From a virus (lineage: Duplodnaviria > Caudoviricetes), in IMG/VR virus record IMGVR_UViG_3300012940_000005, positions 1 to 53,993 of that record: a stretch of DNA of 53,993 bases. The stretch is one strand, 5' to 3'. Below are positions 35,857 to 45,540 of the stretch, piece by piece; position 1 is the stretch's first letter; every line of letters begins with the position of its first letter. A program made the translations under genes and the position numbers. A model generated the notes under the pieces. That model was given only the letters and a program-made list of their open reading frames with translations, had not been told where the DNA came from and did no database searches.

Positions 35857-36086
35857 ACCAGCGAGCTAAAGCCACCTATGTGGCCTGCGGGGGCCGCAGT
35901 AGCCCGGTGAAGATTGTGGAACGCGGACCGGGCAGTATCCGGGAGCATTACCGGCCGGAGTACACCAAGGAAGAAGCCCGGCAGGTGGCAGACTGGATGA
36001 ACGGAGTGGACCAGCCGTTGCCTTCCATCAACATGTCCGACCCGTGGAGGGGTGAACGCGGCTTGGGTGTGGACTACCCAAGCTGA
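35853..36086 (+). CDS. Hypothetical protein
   Basis: ATGA coupling; MNQRAKATY... Confidence 0.5.
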   Translation: MNQRAKATYVACGGRSSPVKIVERGPGSIREHYRPEYTKEEARQVADWMNGVDQPLPSINMSDPWRGERGLGVDYPS

Positions 36087-36107
36087 CCGGGCGTAGTCTC
36101 CGAACAG

Positions 36108-36184
36108 CGACCCCGCCGGCCCATTGTTTTGGACGCCACCACCCATTTAACTACAAGGTGGCACGTTCCGGGCCGGCGGGGTTG
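36108..36184. terminator. Long GC-rich hairpin between convergent units
   Basis: CGACCCCGCCGGCCC ... GGGCCGGCGGGGTTG with inner GCCACC/GGTGGC stem. Confidence 0.5.
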
Positions 36185-36193
36185 ACCCTCGCG

Positions 36194-36484
36194 TCAGACT
36201 CCAGCCAACGCCCGCGCAGCACGCACACGGAGCGCTTCGGGGGCCTTCAGGGCCAACGGGTGGCGCTTCGCAAGGGCCTGCCCCAGTAGCTTCAGGTTTT
36301 CGGTTTCCACCGCACGCGCCACCATGGCAGCTTCCAGCTTCTTCATGGACTTGTAGTGATAGGACACGCTGCCGGTGGCAATCTCTGCCCGGTCTGCGAT
36401 GTCGTTGCGCGTGACGTTGCCGAAGCCCTTCAGGTTGGCCACCTGCATGGCTGCGGACAGGATGACAGTCTTCATTTCACTCAT
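36194..36484 (-). CDS. TetR-like HTH regulator (short)
   Basis: IL.AA..VA..KGF..VT..DIA.RA.IA.GSV.YHY TetR N-terminal signature. Confidence 0.8.
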   Translation of the reverse strand: MSEMKTVILSAAMQVANLKGFGNVTRNDIADRAEIATGSVSYHYKSMKKLEAAMVARAVETENLKLLGQALAKRHPLALKAPEALRVRAARALAGV

Positions 36485-36535
36485 TTGTTCAAACCTCAGT
36501 GTTACGGAGTAAATAATCTACGGCCCGCAACACAG

Positions 36536-37003
36536 TCACAAAAGCCCTTCCCGATTGACGAACAGGGCACGGCCGCCCATTGCGTTGATTAGTTGGAGCC
36601 AGCGCAGTTGTGCCTGTTCGCGTTCGGTGCCTTTGTAGGTCCACCCTTCCGGTTTACATTCGCAACTGACCAGACGGCCAATAATATGCCCGACGTGCTC
36701 CGGCCCAATCAACACCTTTTCAATGCCTATTAGGTCGCTGGACTTCAGAATGGCGTCCACGGTCTTGCTGTCGTTGGCCAGCCCGTACCTGACCAGCCGG
36801 CCAGTTTTGTCCTGAAAGGCACCCCGGTTGTTTCGCCACAGGTATATGCCTTTGCGCTCCGCTTCCTGCCGGACGCGGGACTGGACGTACGCTTCGGACT
36901 TGCCGGCCGCGGAGGCCACCGGCACGTCCATGTTGACGGTGGCGAGTTCCGCCAGCGCAGCGTCAGGAAGGCCCCAGCGGGCTGCCCACTCCGTCAGTGT
37001 CAC
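36536..37003 (-). CDS. VRR-NUC-type nuclease/resolvase
   Basis: SE..VQ, WRNN.G, SDLIG, ECK, EQAQL.W PD-(D/E)XK motifs. Confidence 0.8.
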   Translation of the reverse strand: MTLTEWAARWGLPDAALAELATVNMDVPVASAAGKSEAYVQSRVRQEAERKGIYLWRNNRGAFQDKTGRLVRYGLANDSKTVDAILKSSDLIGIEKVLIGPEHVGHIIGRLVSCECKPEGWTYKGTEREQAQLRWLQLINAMGGRALFVNREGLL

Positions 37004-37410
37004 AGGTTCACGTCCGTGCGGACGCGGTAAAGCTGTTCAAGGTCCCAGCCCGCCCGGTAAACGATGTGAACGCCGCAGTTCACACGGTCTGACACCCGGT
37101 TGAACTTGGACACCGTGGCGGCGCCAAGGTCCACACCGCACTGGAACGCCAGAATATCCAGATACGTTTGCACGTCTGCCAGTTCGTCAGCGATGGCCGG
37201 GCGCGCTTCGTCCATCGTCATGTCCCCGCGCTGCACCTTCTTCAGCAGGTTCGCGAGTTCACCCAGTTCGCCCAGCACAGCGTTGCACCACTCCGGCTTG
37301 GACCAGTCAGAACCATCGGGCTGGCTGTGGGCGGGCTCACCCTTTGCGTTTTTGAACAGCGGCAGGCGGGCAAGGTTTGCGGTACGGAGTACGTCAAAGG
37401 TTAGTTTCAT
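37000..37410 (-). CDS. MazG-like nucleotide pyrophosphohydrolase
   Basis: GELGELAN..KK...DELADV..YL..LA...DL. Confidence 0.8.
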   Translation of the reverse strand: MKLTFDVLRTANLARLPLFKNAKGEPAHSQPDGSDWSKPEWCNAVLGELGELANLLKKVQRGDMTMDEARPAIADELADVQTYLDILAFQCGVDLGAATVSKFNRVSDRVNCGVHIVYRAGWDLEQLYRVRTDVNL

Positions 37411-39155
37411 GTCAGCTTCACCACGTTGTTGGAGGAAAGAATTGCACGGATGCGCGCTTCCAGTTCAGCGGCATCCTTCGCGCCGTACGTCTGGGCCGTC
37501 ATTACGTCGGTCCCAAATGTGTGCCAAAATCGGGACATGGCCTCACGGTCGCCGCGGCCAAGGTGGTTTTGCCAGCCCGCCCACGTCGCTATGGCGTCGC
37601 GCAGCGTGTGCTGGGCTTGCTGCCGCTCCCAGTGGTTGCGCTTGATGGCGCCGCCCACGGCCGGGTCCCCGTACTGGGAAATTTTCGGCGCGAGCATCAC
37701 GCGGTCCACTTCCCCGCGAAGCTGGCGCAGCACTTCAGGGTCCAGTTCCACCAAGTCACCTTCAACCTGTGCCGGCGACGAACGGGCGCGCGGTGCCGGC
37801 TTGGGCGTGTGACATCGCGGGCACTCTGGCAGGAATGCGGAATAGGGCTGGAAGGGGAGCGGCTTACACTCCGGGTTTGTGCAGACGCGCAACGGCTCCG
37901 CATCGTCCTGTTTCCGCCGCTCGCGTCGGTCCAGCGAGTAGACGCGCGGCCGATCCACCAGCCCGTGGCGCCCCGCGCCGCCAGCAATGGCGATGTTGCC
38001 CACGTGGTCAATCAGGATGCCGCAGGGCTTCGTGGACGCTGCAATGTATGCCAGCCGCTGTTCGTCGGTGAAGCCGTGCCACAGCCGGTTCAAGTCATCG
38101 GACACCAGAATGCGGAGCATGCGTCCGAACTGCTGGGCGCACAGTTGGAAGCTGGCGGTTGGCCGCGCCATGCTGACGACTGTACAGGCCGGCACGTCGG
38201 TGCCTTCGCCCAAAACGTCAACGTTCACCAGTTGCAGAATCTGCCGCGCCCGGTACCGGCGCATGATGCTGGCACGCTCCGCAATGGGCGTCTTGGCTGT
38301 GACGATGGCGGCGGGTATGCCCTGCCGGTTGAATTCTTCGGCAATCTGGGCGCACGCCTGCACGTCCACGGCGAACGTGATACCCAGTTCCCCTTCCGCA
38401 AACTTGCGGTAGTGTTTCACCACATCGCCCACGATGGTGCGAGACGCGTGTACGCGCTCCGCTGTCTGGCGCATGTTCAGTTCACCGCTGGCGCCCACTT
38501 CAACGCCCCGCATGTCCACGTCAGACGGCGGGCATATGATGCGGTAGTCTGTGAGATAGCCGCGGTTTATCAGGTCCCGGCAGGACGGCCCCAGCACCAG
38601 CCGGTCCACCAAGCCGTCACCGGGGGTGCCGTCCGACTGGAAGCGCCCCAGCCCCGCGCCGTCAGCGCGAACAGCGTGCGCAGTGAAGAACAGGCCCAGT
38701 GCGTTGGGGAACATCGCCATGGCGGCGCCCCACTTGTTGTCACGCAGTACATGGTGGCCTTCGTCAATGTACGCGCGCTGCACCTGACCCAGCCAGCGGT
38801 CCGTCTTATCGTGGTTCCGCAGCTTGTCCACGCCAATGACGCGGATATGCGAACTGCGGCTGAAGTGGCTGCGCCCGTGCAGTTCCATCTGGGCGGCGAT
38901 GATGTCGCGCCGTACGCTTTCCGGCGCTATAATGCCGTGCGGTATTTCCTCACGATTGAAGGCCAGCGCAATCTGGCTGACCAGTTCCTGACGGTGTGCA
39001 ATGGCGGCGGTGGGCAAGTCTTCTTCAGCAGCGATGTTCCCCATTATCACGGTTTTGCCGGACCCCGTGGGTGACACCACCATGACGTTGCGGGCACCTT
39101 CCCGCCACGCGCTGAAAACACCGGCCTTAATTTCGGCCTGAAAATCACGTAGCAA
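37407..39155 (-). CDS. SF2 DNA helicase with C-terminal Zn finger
   Basis: PTGSGKT, DEGHH, EG.DVP, QQFGR.LR; C..C..CPRC. Confidence 0.9.
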   Translation of the reverse strand: MLRDFQAEIKAGVFSAWREGARNVMVVSPTGSGKTVIMGNIAAEEDLPTAAIAHRQELVSQIALAFNREEIPHGIIAPESVRRDIIAAQMELHGRSHFSRSSHIRVIGVDKLRNHDKTDRWLGQVQRAYIDEGHHVLRDNKWGAAMAMFPNALGLFFTAHAVRADGAGLGRFQSDGTPGDGLVDRLVLGPSCRDLINRGYLTDYRIICPPSDVDMRGVEVGASGELNMRQTAERVHASRTIVGDVVKHYRKFAEGELGITFAVDVQACAQIAEEFNRQGIPAAIVTAKTPIAERASIMRRYRARQILQLVNVDVLGEGTDVPACTVVSMARPTASFQLCAQQFGRMLRILVSDDLNRLWHGFTDEQRLAYIAASTKPCGILIDHVGNIAIAGGAGRHGLVDRPRVYSLDRRERRKQDDAEPLRVCTNPECKPLPFQPYSAFLPECPRCHTPKPAPRARSSPAQVEGDLVELDPEVLRQLRGEVDRVMLAPKISQYGDPAVGGAIKRNHWERQQAQHTLRDAIATWAGWQNHLGRGDREAMSRFWHTFGTDVMTAQTYGAKDAAELEARIRAILSSNNVVKLT

Positions 39156-39177
39156 GGTGAAAGGCTCCGGCAGGAAG

Positions 39178-39220
39178 TTGACAGGGCGGTCAGTCTCCGT
39201 GATGATTCTGGCCCCGTCAA
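39178..39220. promoter_or_regulatory. Divergent promoter region between SF2 helicase and replication operon
   Basis: Rightward TTGACA with operator; leftward TTGACG-N17-GAGACT. Confidence 0.5.
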
Positions 39221-39247
39221 TACCATCCCACGCACAGGTACCATGAA

Positions 39248-40360
39248 ATGCAACTGCTGATTAACGTGCAGGAAGAATCCCCGGACAGCTTGCTGAAAGC
39301 CGCAAGTGTTCTGATGATGTTGGCCGGTGCGGATGAACTGGCCGCAGCCAACTGGCCACGTAACGTCCCGCGCCCCGCCCCCAAGCCGCTGCACCCGCCT
39401 GCGCCGCCCATCGGCCCCGCGCAGACTCCCGGCCCCACCATTCCGTTGCCGCCGGGCAGCGAGCCCCCGCCGCCGGTAGAGCATCCGCCGGTCCACCCCG
39501 ACGTTGAAAAGTTCGTGCCGCCTGCGCCGCCGGAAACGCCGCCCGATGTTCCCGCGGGAACACAGGATGAACTGGACCCCGCCGCGGTGTTCGGGGGTGC
39601 GCCGGCAACCCCTACGAATGTGACGGCAGCGGCTGCGCCGGCTGCGCCGCCTGCTGGTGCCCCGGCTGCGGGGAGCCCGACTGCGACCGCTCCGGCGTCT
39701 GCGTCACCGGGCGCCACTGTTGAACTGGCCTTTGACAAGGCCGGCATCCCGTGGGATGAACGCGTCCACAGCGAAACGAAGAAGCAGAACGCGGACGGTA
39801 CGTGGCGGTTCCGTCGCAACCTTGACCCCGGCGTCAAGGATAGCGTCATGGCGGAACTGCGTGCGAAGTACGGCCCGCAGCAACAGGTGTCACTTCAGCA
39901 ACCCGCTGCTGTCATCACCAGTGCCCTGCCTGTGCCCCCTGCGCAGGCCGCAGTGTCCCAGCAATCGGCTGCCGCAGCTTCCGTGCCTGCACCGCCAGTG
40001 CCCGCCGCTGGGGATGTACCTGCGCCGCCGGCTGACGTAGCGCCGCCCCCGCTACCCAACAACAACGTGGTGTCTCTTCACGCCGGACAGACCAGTGTGG
40101 GCGGATCAGCGGCCGTGCCCATGCCGCCTGCAACTTCAGTGGGGGTGCCCAACGCCGGACAGTCGGCAGTGGTGCAGGCCACCAACTTCCGCGCCCTGAT
40201 GCAGAAAGTAAACACGGCGCTGGCGGCCGGTAAGCTGACGCAGGACCAGCTTACGGAAGCATGCAAAGCCAATCAGGTGGAAGGCATCACCGCGTTGGCG
40301 GTCATGCCTGCGAAGGTGCCTGAAGTGGACGCGTACCTGAACCGCTGGCTGGCAGCCTGA
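39248..40360 (+). CDS. Pro/Ala-rich conserved phage protein
   Basis: D..GIPWDER.HS..K....DG.WR domain within low-complexity linkers. Confidence 0.75.
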   Translation: MQLLINVQEESPDSLLKAASVLMMLAGADELAAANWPRNVPRPAPKPLHPPAPPIGPAQTPGPTIPLPPGSEPPPPVEHPPVHPDVEKFVPPAPPETPPDVPAGTQDELDPAAVFGGAPATPTNVTAAAAPAAPPAGAPAAGSPTATAPASASPGATVELAFDKAGIPWDERVHSETKKQNADGTWRFRRNLDPGVKDSVMAELRAKYGPQQQVSLQQPAAVITSALPVPPAQAAVSQQSAAAASVPAPPVPAAGDVPAPPADVAPPPLPNNNVVSLHAGQTSVGGSAAVPMPPATSVGVPNAGQSAVVQATNFRALMQKVNTALAAGKLTQDQLTEACKANQVEGITALAVMPAKVPEVDAYLNRWLAA

Positions 40361-40734
40361 TGGAGATGGACGTACCCAACAGTGAACAGTTGGCGGACAT
40401 CCGCCACGCTGACGCCCAGTTGGGCACGGAGCCCGGCGCCTTGCAACTGTTTCCCGTGGTGTACACCCACCGGCGTCAGCTTCTGGCGCTGGTGAAGGCC
40501 CACGAAGATGCAGACGCGCAAGCTGACGCACTGGTCAAGGAACTGGCTCGGCACGTGTGGGGTGAGGACGACCACGCGCCCACACCGGCCGGCTGGACCC
40601 TTGGGGAACTGGTGGTGGAAATCCGGGAACGCGTGCAGATGCAGCGAGGCCACGCGGTTGTGGCTACGCCGCCGCCCAGCCCTGTCCACATTTGCGGAAA
40701 CTACCACTGCGTTGGAGATTGCGGGGAGTCATGA
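40360..40734 (+). CDS. Hypothetical protein
   Basis: Coupled to both neighbours. Confidence 0.6.
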   Translation: MEMDVPNSEQLADIRHADAQLGTEPGALQLFPVVYTHRRQLLALVKAHEDADAQADALVKELARHVWGEDDHAPTPAGWTLGELVVEIRERVQMQRGHAVVATPPPSPVHICGNYHCVGDCGES

Positions 40735-41924
40735 GTGGATACCACGCACCGATTGCGCCCAGTTCACTGGCGCTGACTATCGAATGCACGGCATGGATTG
40801 GGCTTACGCTCAAGATGCCGCGGGAACTTCTGGAGTTAATGACGAAGGACACGGAGGAAACGCTAGAAGGCAACGCCGCCGACTGGATGGCGAAGGAATA
40901 CGCCCGCGGCAATGAAGTGCCGTACGGTTCCCCCATCCCGATGCCGGGGGATTTCAAAGCTGACCATGACATGATCCACGGCGCGAAGCTGTGGCGTGAC
41001 ACGGTGGGCTATGGCGCGGTCAACGCTGACGTGCCCGTCATGATTGAACGCATTCACGCGCAGTGCTGGGGCACGCCTGACAACTGGCGGTGGGACGCCA
41101 TTGAAGGCGTGCTGCGCGTGTGGGACTACAAATACGGCTTCCGACTGGTTGAAGTGTTTGAATGCTGGCAGTTGATTGCCTACGCCGTGGGGCTTATCGA
41201 CACGCTGGGCCTGAACGATCAGGAAATATGGGTGGATATGACGGTGGTGCAACCCCGCGCGTTCCACAAGGACGGCCCGGTCCGTAGCTGGAAGGTACGC
41301 GGGGACGCACTGCGCGCCTATGCGAACATCGCCGCCAGCAAGGCCCGCGAAGCGCTCCCGCCCAGCCCCGACCTTGCGGGCAAGTACGAAGGGTACACCG
41401 CAGTGGCCACCACTGGACCCCACTGCGATGACTGCCCGGCGCGGCTCGCATGCGCGGCGTACCATGCCAACATCACACGCGCCCTGTCCTTCAGCGCCAA
41501 GCCGGACATGGTGGCACTGGATGCTGACGCACTGGGCGCCCAGCTTCTTCTGGTCATGGAAGCGGTGGACCGGCTGAAGGGCGCGCAGACCGCACTGGAG
41601 GCACAGGCGGAAGCGTACCTGCGCGCAGGTAAGCGCGTACCCAATTTCCACATGGAGCCGGGGCAGAGTCACCTGAAGTGGAACGATGACGTGACGGCGG
41701 AAGAATTGCTGGCGTTAGGCTCGCATCTGAAAATAGACATGCGCAAGCCCATGCCGGCGCTGAACGGTCGCAATTCCCCGATTGTGACACCCACGCAGGC
41801 GAAGAAAGCGGGCTTGCCTGACGATGTGGTCAAACAGTATGCTTCGCGTCCACCGGGCGCCATGCGACTGGCCCGTACTTCAACAACAGAAGCCCGCCGG
41901 GCTTTCGGAGCAATCAGCACATGA
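40731..41924 (+). CDS. Cas4-like PD-(D/E)XK exonuclease (DUF2800-like)
   Basis: HA...PSS...C, GT.D, DYKYG, QL..YA, QPR, G.HC..CPA...C. Confidence 0.85.
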   Translation: MSGYHAPIAPSSLALTIECTAWIGLTLKMPRELLELMTKDTEETLEGNAADWMAKEYARGNEVPYGSPIPMPGDFKADHDMIHGAKLWRDTVGYGAVNADVPVMIERIHAQCWGTPDNWRWDAIEGVLRVWDYKYGFRLVEVFECWQLIAYAVGLIDTLGLNDQEIWVDMTVVQPRAFHKDGPVRSWKVRGDALRAYANIAASKAREALPPSPDLAGKYEGYTAVATTGPHCDDCPARLACAAYHANITRALSFSAKPDMVALDADALGAQLLLVMEAVDRLKGAQTALEAQAEAYLRAGKRVPNFHMEPGQSHLKWNDDVTAEELLALGSHLKIDMRKPMPALNGRNSPIVTPTQAKKAGLPDDVVKQYASRPPGAMRLARTSTTEARRAFGAIST

Positions 41925-42925
41925 GCAATTTGCGAAAGAACTTCACCACGCCGCCGGGCCGTGTGGTCTGGGGCAGCATGACGGAGCCGCAGACCAAGGA
42001 CGCGGACGGCAAGCCCCTTGTCATCAAGTCCGGCCCCGATGCCGGCAAGCCCACGCAGCGCTATGCGTTCGGGCTCGCCATCCCCAAGGCCCCCGGCCAG
42101 ACGCACTTCGCACAGAAGCCGGCGGACTGGGACACCAACCCGCTGCTGGGTCCGAAGCTGGGCGCGTACTGGGGTGAAACCATCTGGCAGACCGGCCACG
42201 CCGCGTTCCCGCAGGTGGCGCAGTCTCCGGCGTTCGCGTGGAAAGTCACGGATGGTGACTCACAGGTCCCCAACAAAAAGGGGAAGAAGCCCTGCGATCA
42301 GGAAGGGTACGCGGGTTGCTGGATTCTTTCGTTTTCGTCCAGCTTCGCGCCGCGCACCTTCAACAGCACGGGCACCGCGCCGATTGAAGCCAAGGAAATC
42401 AAGTGCGGCTATTACGCGCAGGTGGCCGGCTCCGTGGACGGCAATGACAGCAGCCAGAACCCCGGCGTATTCCTGAACCATTCGCTGGTGGCACTGGCGG
42501 GCTACGGTAAGGAAATCATCACTGGGCCGGACCCTACGTCCGTGGGCTTCGGTGGCGGCACCCTTCCTGCCGGCGCGTCGGCCACACCGCTGGGCGGCCT
42601 TGGTGGCGGCACCCCGCCGGCTCCGGGTGGCCTCCCGGCTCCGGGCGCGGCGCCTGCAACGCCTGCCCCAGCCCCGGCGGCGGCCCCTGCGCCGACTCCG
42701 GCCGCTCCGGCCCCGACGCCCGCCCCCACGGGTGTGGTGCCCAATACGGGCTTCCTGAACGGCGGCGCGCCGGCCCCTGCGGCTCCCGCCCCGGCTGCCC
42801 CGGCGCCCGCGGCCCCGGCTCCGGGTCCGACAATGACCGCCAAGGCCGGCGGCGTCACCTACGAAGCCTTCAAGGCCAAGGGGTGGACTGACGACCAGTT
42901 GCGCGCCAACGGCTATCTGGCGTAA
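41921..42925 (+). CDS. ssDNA-binding protein (DUF2815-like) with Pro/Ala tail
   Basis: TP.GR, DGD, EGYAG, GY, GVFLN motifs; between exonuclease and polymerase. Confidence 0.75.
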   Translation: MSNLRKNFTTPPGRVVWGSMTEPQTKDADGKPLVIKSGPDAGKPTQRYAFGLAIPKAPGQTHFAQKPADWDTNPLLGPKLGAYWGETIWQTGHAAFPQVAQSPAFAWKVTDGDSQVPNKKGKKPCDQEGYAGCWILSFSSSFAPRTFNSTGTAPIEAKEIKCGYYAQVAGSVDGNDSSQNPGVFLNHSLVALAGYGKEIITGPDPTSVGFGGGTLPAGASATPLGGLGGGTPPAPGGLPAPGAAPATPAPAPAAAPAPTPAAPAPTPAPTGVVPNTGFLNGGAPAPAAPAPAAPAPAAPAPGPTMTAKAGGVTYEAFKAKGWTDDQLRANGYLA

Positions 42926-43010
42926 TCGAGTTCCGCTCCCCCGCGCCGGGTTGCCGCTGCCTTCGGGCGTTCAAACGGTGGCCCGGCGCGGGGGACGGAG
43001 CAGCCTTTAC

Positions 43011-45356
43011 ATGCAGGCGTTACGGGCAGGACAAACGGTTCCGGTTGGGTTCGGGCACGCCACCGTGCTGCCCACCATGGACTTTGAAACGGCGTCCGAA
43101 GCCGGCTACGAATGGGACGCGGACAAGCGCAAGTGGCGAGCCCCGCGCGGTGCGGCCCAGAACAAAATTGGCTTGGAGGTAGTCGGCCGCCGCAACTACA
43201 TCAAACACCCCAGCTTCCGCATCCTGTCGCTGCGCTGGGACCTTATGGACGGCGCCGGCCTTGGGTGCTGGTACCCAAACGTTCACACCAAGCCGCTGCC
43301 TCCGGGCCTCACAGTTGACCAGCTTCGCGCCCACGCGCAGGCGGACCCGTGGGCGCATCCGTGGGCGCTACTGATACACGTGGCGCAGGGCGGCGCGGTC
43401 CATCCTGTCGAGTCATGGAATAGCGGGTTTGAATTTGACGTGTGGAACGAATACGCCGTCCCCACATACAACTGGCCCCCGCTGCTGCTGGAGAATACGC
43501 GCGATGCAATGGCGAAGGCCCGCGCCCACGCCATGCCCCCAAAGTTGGAACGGTTCGGTGACGTTGCCAACCTGTCCATAAAAAAGGACAAGCGCGGAAA
43601 AGACTTGCTGGACAAATTCAGCGTTCCGCAGAACCCCACCCGCAAACAGCCAAAGCTGTGGATACTCCCCCAAGATGACCCGCAGGACTTCGCCGCACTA
43701 CTGGAATACAACGGGACTGACGTGCTGTCGGAGGCGGAAGCCTCGCTGCGAACGCCTGACCTACCGCCGGAAGAACTGCAATTCTGGCTTACGGATCAGC
43801 GCATCAATCTGCGTGGCCTCCAAATTGATGTCACTGCAATGGAAAACTGCATTGCGGTGGTGGAACAAGCATACGAAAAGTACAACGCTGAACTGAACCG
43901 ACTGACTGGCGGGTCAATCGAGTCTGCCGCGAAAACCAAAAAGCTGGGCGAGTGGCTACGGGCTCGCGGCGTAGACATTGACAGCATGAAGGAAGAAGCG
44001 GTGGACGCCATGCTGGCGGACATGCGCAAGCGGGGCCAGCAGGGCACCGTTGAATACCGCGTGTTGGAACTGCGCAGCCTGCTGGGCTCCGCGTCCATTA
44101 AAAAGCTGTACGCGTTCAAGCATCAGAATTACCGGGGCCGGCTGTATGATCTTTACAGCTACTTCGCGGCCCGCACCGGACGCTGGACTGGCAACGGCCC
44201 GCAGCCGCAGAACTTGCCCAGCGGCCTGTTCCACACGCTGGAGGAAGTGGAACGCGCGCTAGGCATCATCAGCCACCGCTGCCTTGAACTGGTTGAATAC
44301 CACTACCCGAAAAACACCGCGCTGGAAGTGGTGGCAAGCTGCCTGCGCGGGCTCATTATCGCCGCGCCGGGGTACGAACTGATATGCAGCGACTACACCG
44401 CCATTGAAGGCGTGGTCACGGCCGCGCTGTCAGGGGAGGAATGGCGGCTGGAAGTCTTCCGCACCCACGGCATGATTTATGAAGCCAGCGCCGCGAAGAT
44501 TGCCAAAATACCGTTTGACGAATTCGTCAAGCATCGGCTGGACACCGGCGGCGTTGCGGAGTACGTGAACGGCAAGCTAATGGGCATCATGGGCGGCAAA
44601 CACCACCCGCTGCGGAAGAAGCTGGGCAAGTTCGCGGAACTGGGCTCTGGCTTCGGCGGATGGATAGGCGCATGGTGTAACTTCGGCGCCGATGAATTCC
44701 TAACGGAAGATGAAATCAAGGAAGCCATTCTGGCGTGGCGTGCGGACTCGCCCAACATCGTGGAGACGTGGGGCGGCCAGAGCCGCGGCAGGAAGCGCGA
44801 CGCACGCCCCGAACTGTTCGGGCTGGAAGGCGCGGCCATTGCAGCGGTGAAGTATCCGGGCCGTGCGTTCAGCCCCGGCACCAACCCCGGCATTGTGTAC
44901 CAAATGTCCGTGGTTGATGACATCCTATACTGCCGCGTCCCCAGCGGCGGTTATCTCACGTACCACCGTCCACGGCTGGAGCCCGCGAAGCAAAGCTGGC
45001 GCCCCGTGTGGGAACAGTCCCTGTCTTACGAAGGGGACAACAAAAACCAAGCCATGGGGAAGGTGGGCTGGATACGGATGGACCTGTATGGCGGGAAGCA
45101 AATGGAAAACATTGTCCAGAAGGAAGCCCGCTACATCCACGCTTCCGGGCTGGTGAATTTGGAACGCGCCGGCTACCGCCCTGTGCTCCACTCCCATGAC
45201 GAACCCTGTGGCGAAGTCCCCATAGGCTGGGGCTCCGTGGAAGAGTTTGAAAGCCTCATGACGCAGATTGCCCGCACCCCCGGCACGTTCTGCTATGGCT
45301 GGCCCATCAAGGCGAAAGGCGGCTGGCGCGGCCCCCGCTATGGGAAATTCGATTAA
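43011..45356 (+). CDS. Family A DNA polymerase
   Basis: Exo DFET, TGRW.G..QPQNLP, motif A DYTAIE, motif B R..GK..ELG.GFGG, motif C HDE. Confidence 0.9.
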   Translation: MQALRAGQTVPVGFGHATVLPTMDFETASEAGYEWDADKRKWRAPRGAAQNKIGLEVVGRRNYIKHPSFRILSLRWDLMDGAGLGCWYPNVHTKPLPPGLTVDQLRAHAQADPWAHPWALLIHVAQGGAVHPVESWNSGFEFDVWNEYAVPTYNWPPLLLENTRDAMAKARAHAMPPKLERFGDVANLSIKKDKRGKDLLDKFSVPQNPTRKQPKLWILPQDDPQDFAALLEYNGTDVLSEAEASLRTPDLPPEELQFWLTDQRINLRGLQIDVTAMENCIAVVEQAYEKYNAELNRLTGGSIESAAKTKKLGEWLRARGVDIDSMKEEAVDAMLADMRKRGQQGTVEYRVLELRSLLGSASIKKLYAFKHQNYRGRLYDLYSYFAARTGRWTGNGPQPQNLPSGLFHTLEEVERALGIISHRCLELVEYHYPKNTALEVVASCLRGLIIAAPGYELICSDYTAIEGVVTAALSGEEWRLEVFRTHGMIYEASAAKIAKIPFDEFVKHRLDTGGVAEYVNGKLMGIMGGKHHPLRKKLGKFAELGSGFGGWIGAWCNFGADEFLTEDEIKEAILAWRADSPNIVETWGGQSRGRKRDARPELFGLEGAAIAAVKYPGRAFSPGTNPGIVYQMSVVDDILYCRVPSGGYLTYHRPRLEPAKQSWRPVWEQSLSYEGDNKNQAMGKVGWIRMDLYGGKQMENIVQKEARYIHASGLVNLERAGYRPVLHSHDEPCGEVPIGWGSVEEFESLMTQIARTPGTFCYGWPIKAKGGWRGPRYGKFD

Positions 45357-45497
45357 TGAGACGCACTTCACTGACCGGGCCGTCAAACCTGCTAGGCTGG
45401 CCCTACGAATGGGGAAAACCGAAGCCGCGCGGAGCGGTGGCCCCTATTAGCGACGCTGACAGCCCTGCGCGAGTATCTGGACCCCGGCATGCAAAAC

Positions 45498-45540
45498 CGT
45501 GAACCGGATCACTTGACCGGGCCGTCAACCGGCGTAGACT
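45498..45540 (+). promoter_or_regulatory. Promoter of UvrD-like gene
   Basis: CGTGA-ACCGGA-TCACT, TTGACC-N16-TAGACT. Confidence 0.7.

Noticed and set aside
40731-41924. CRISPR-associated Cas4
   Set aside because: No array or other cas genes; this is the usual phage exonuclease beside SSB and polymerase
39360-42840. Pro/Ala-rich DNA repeats as a repeat element
   Set aside because: Low-complexity protein linkers within genuine ORFs
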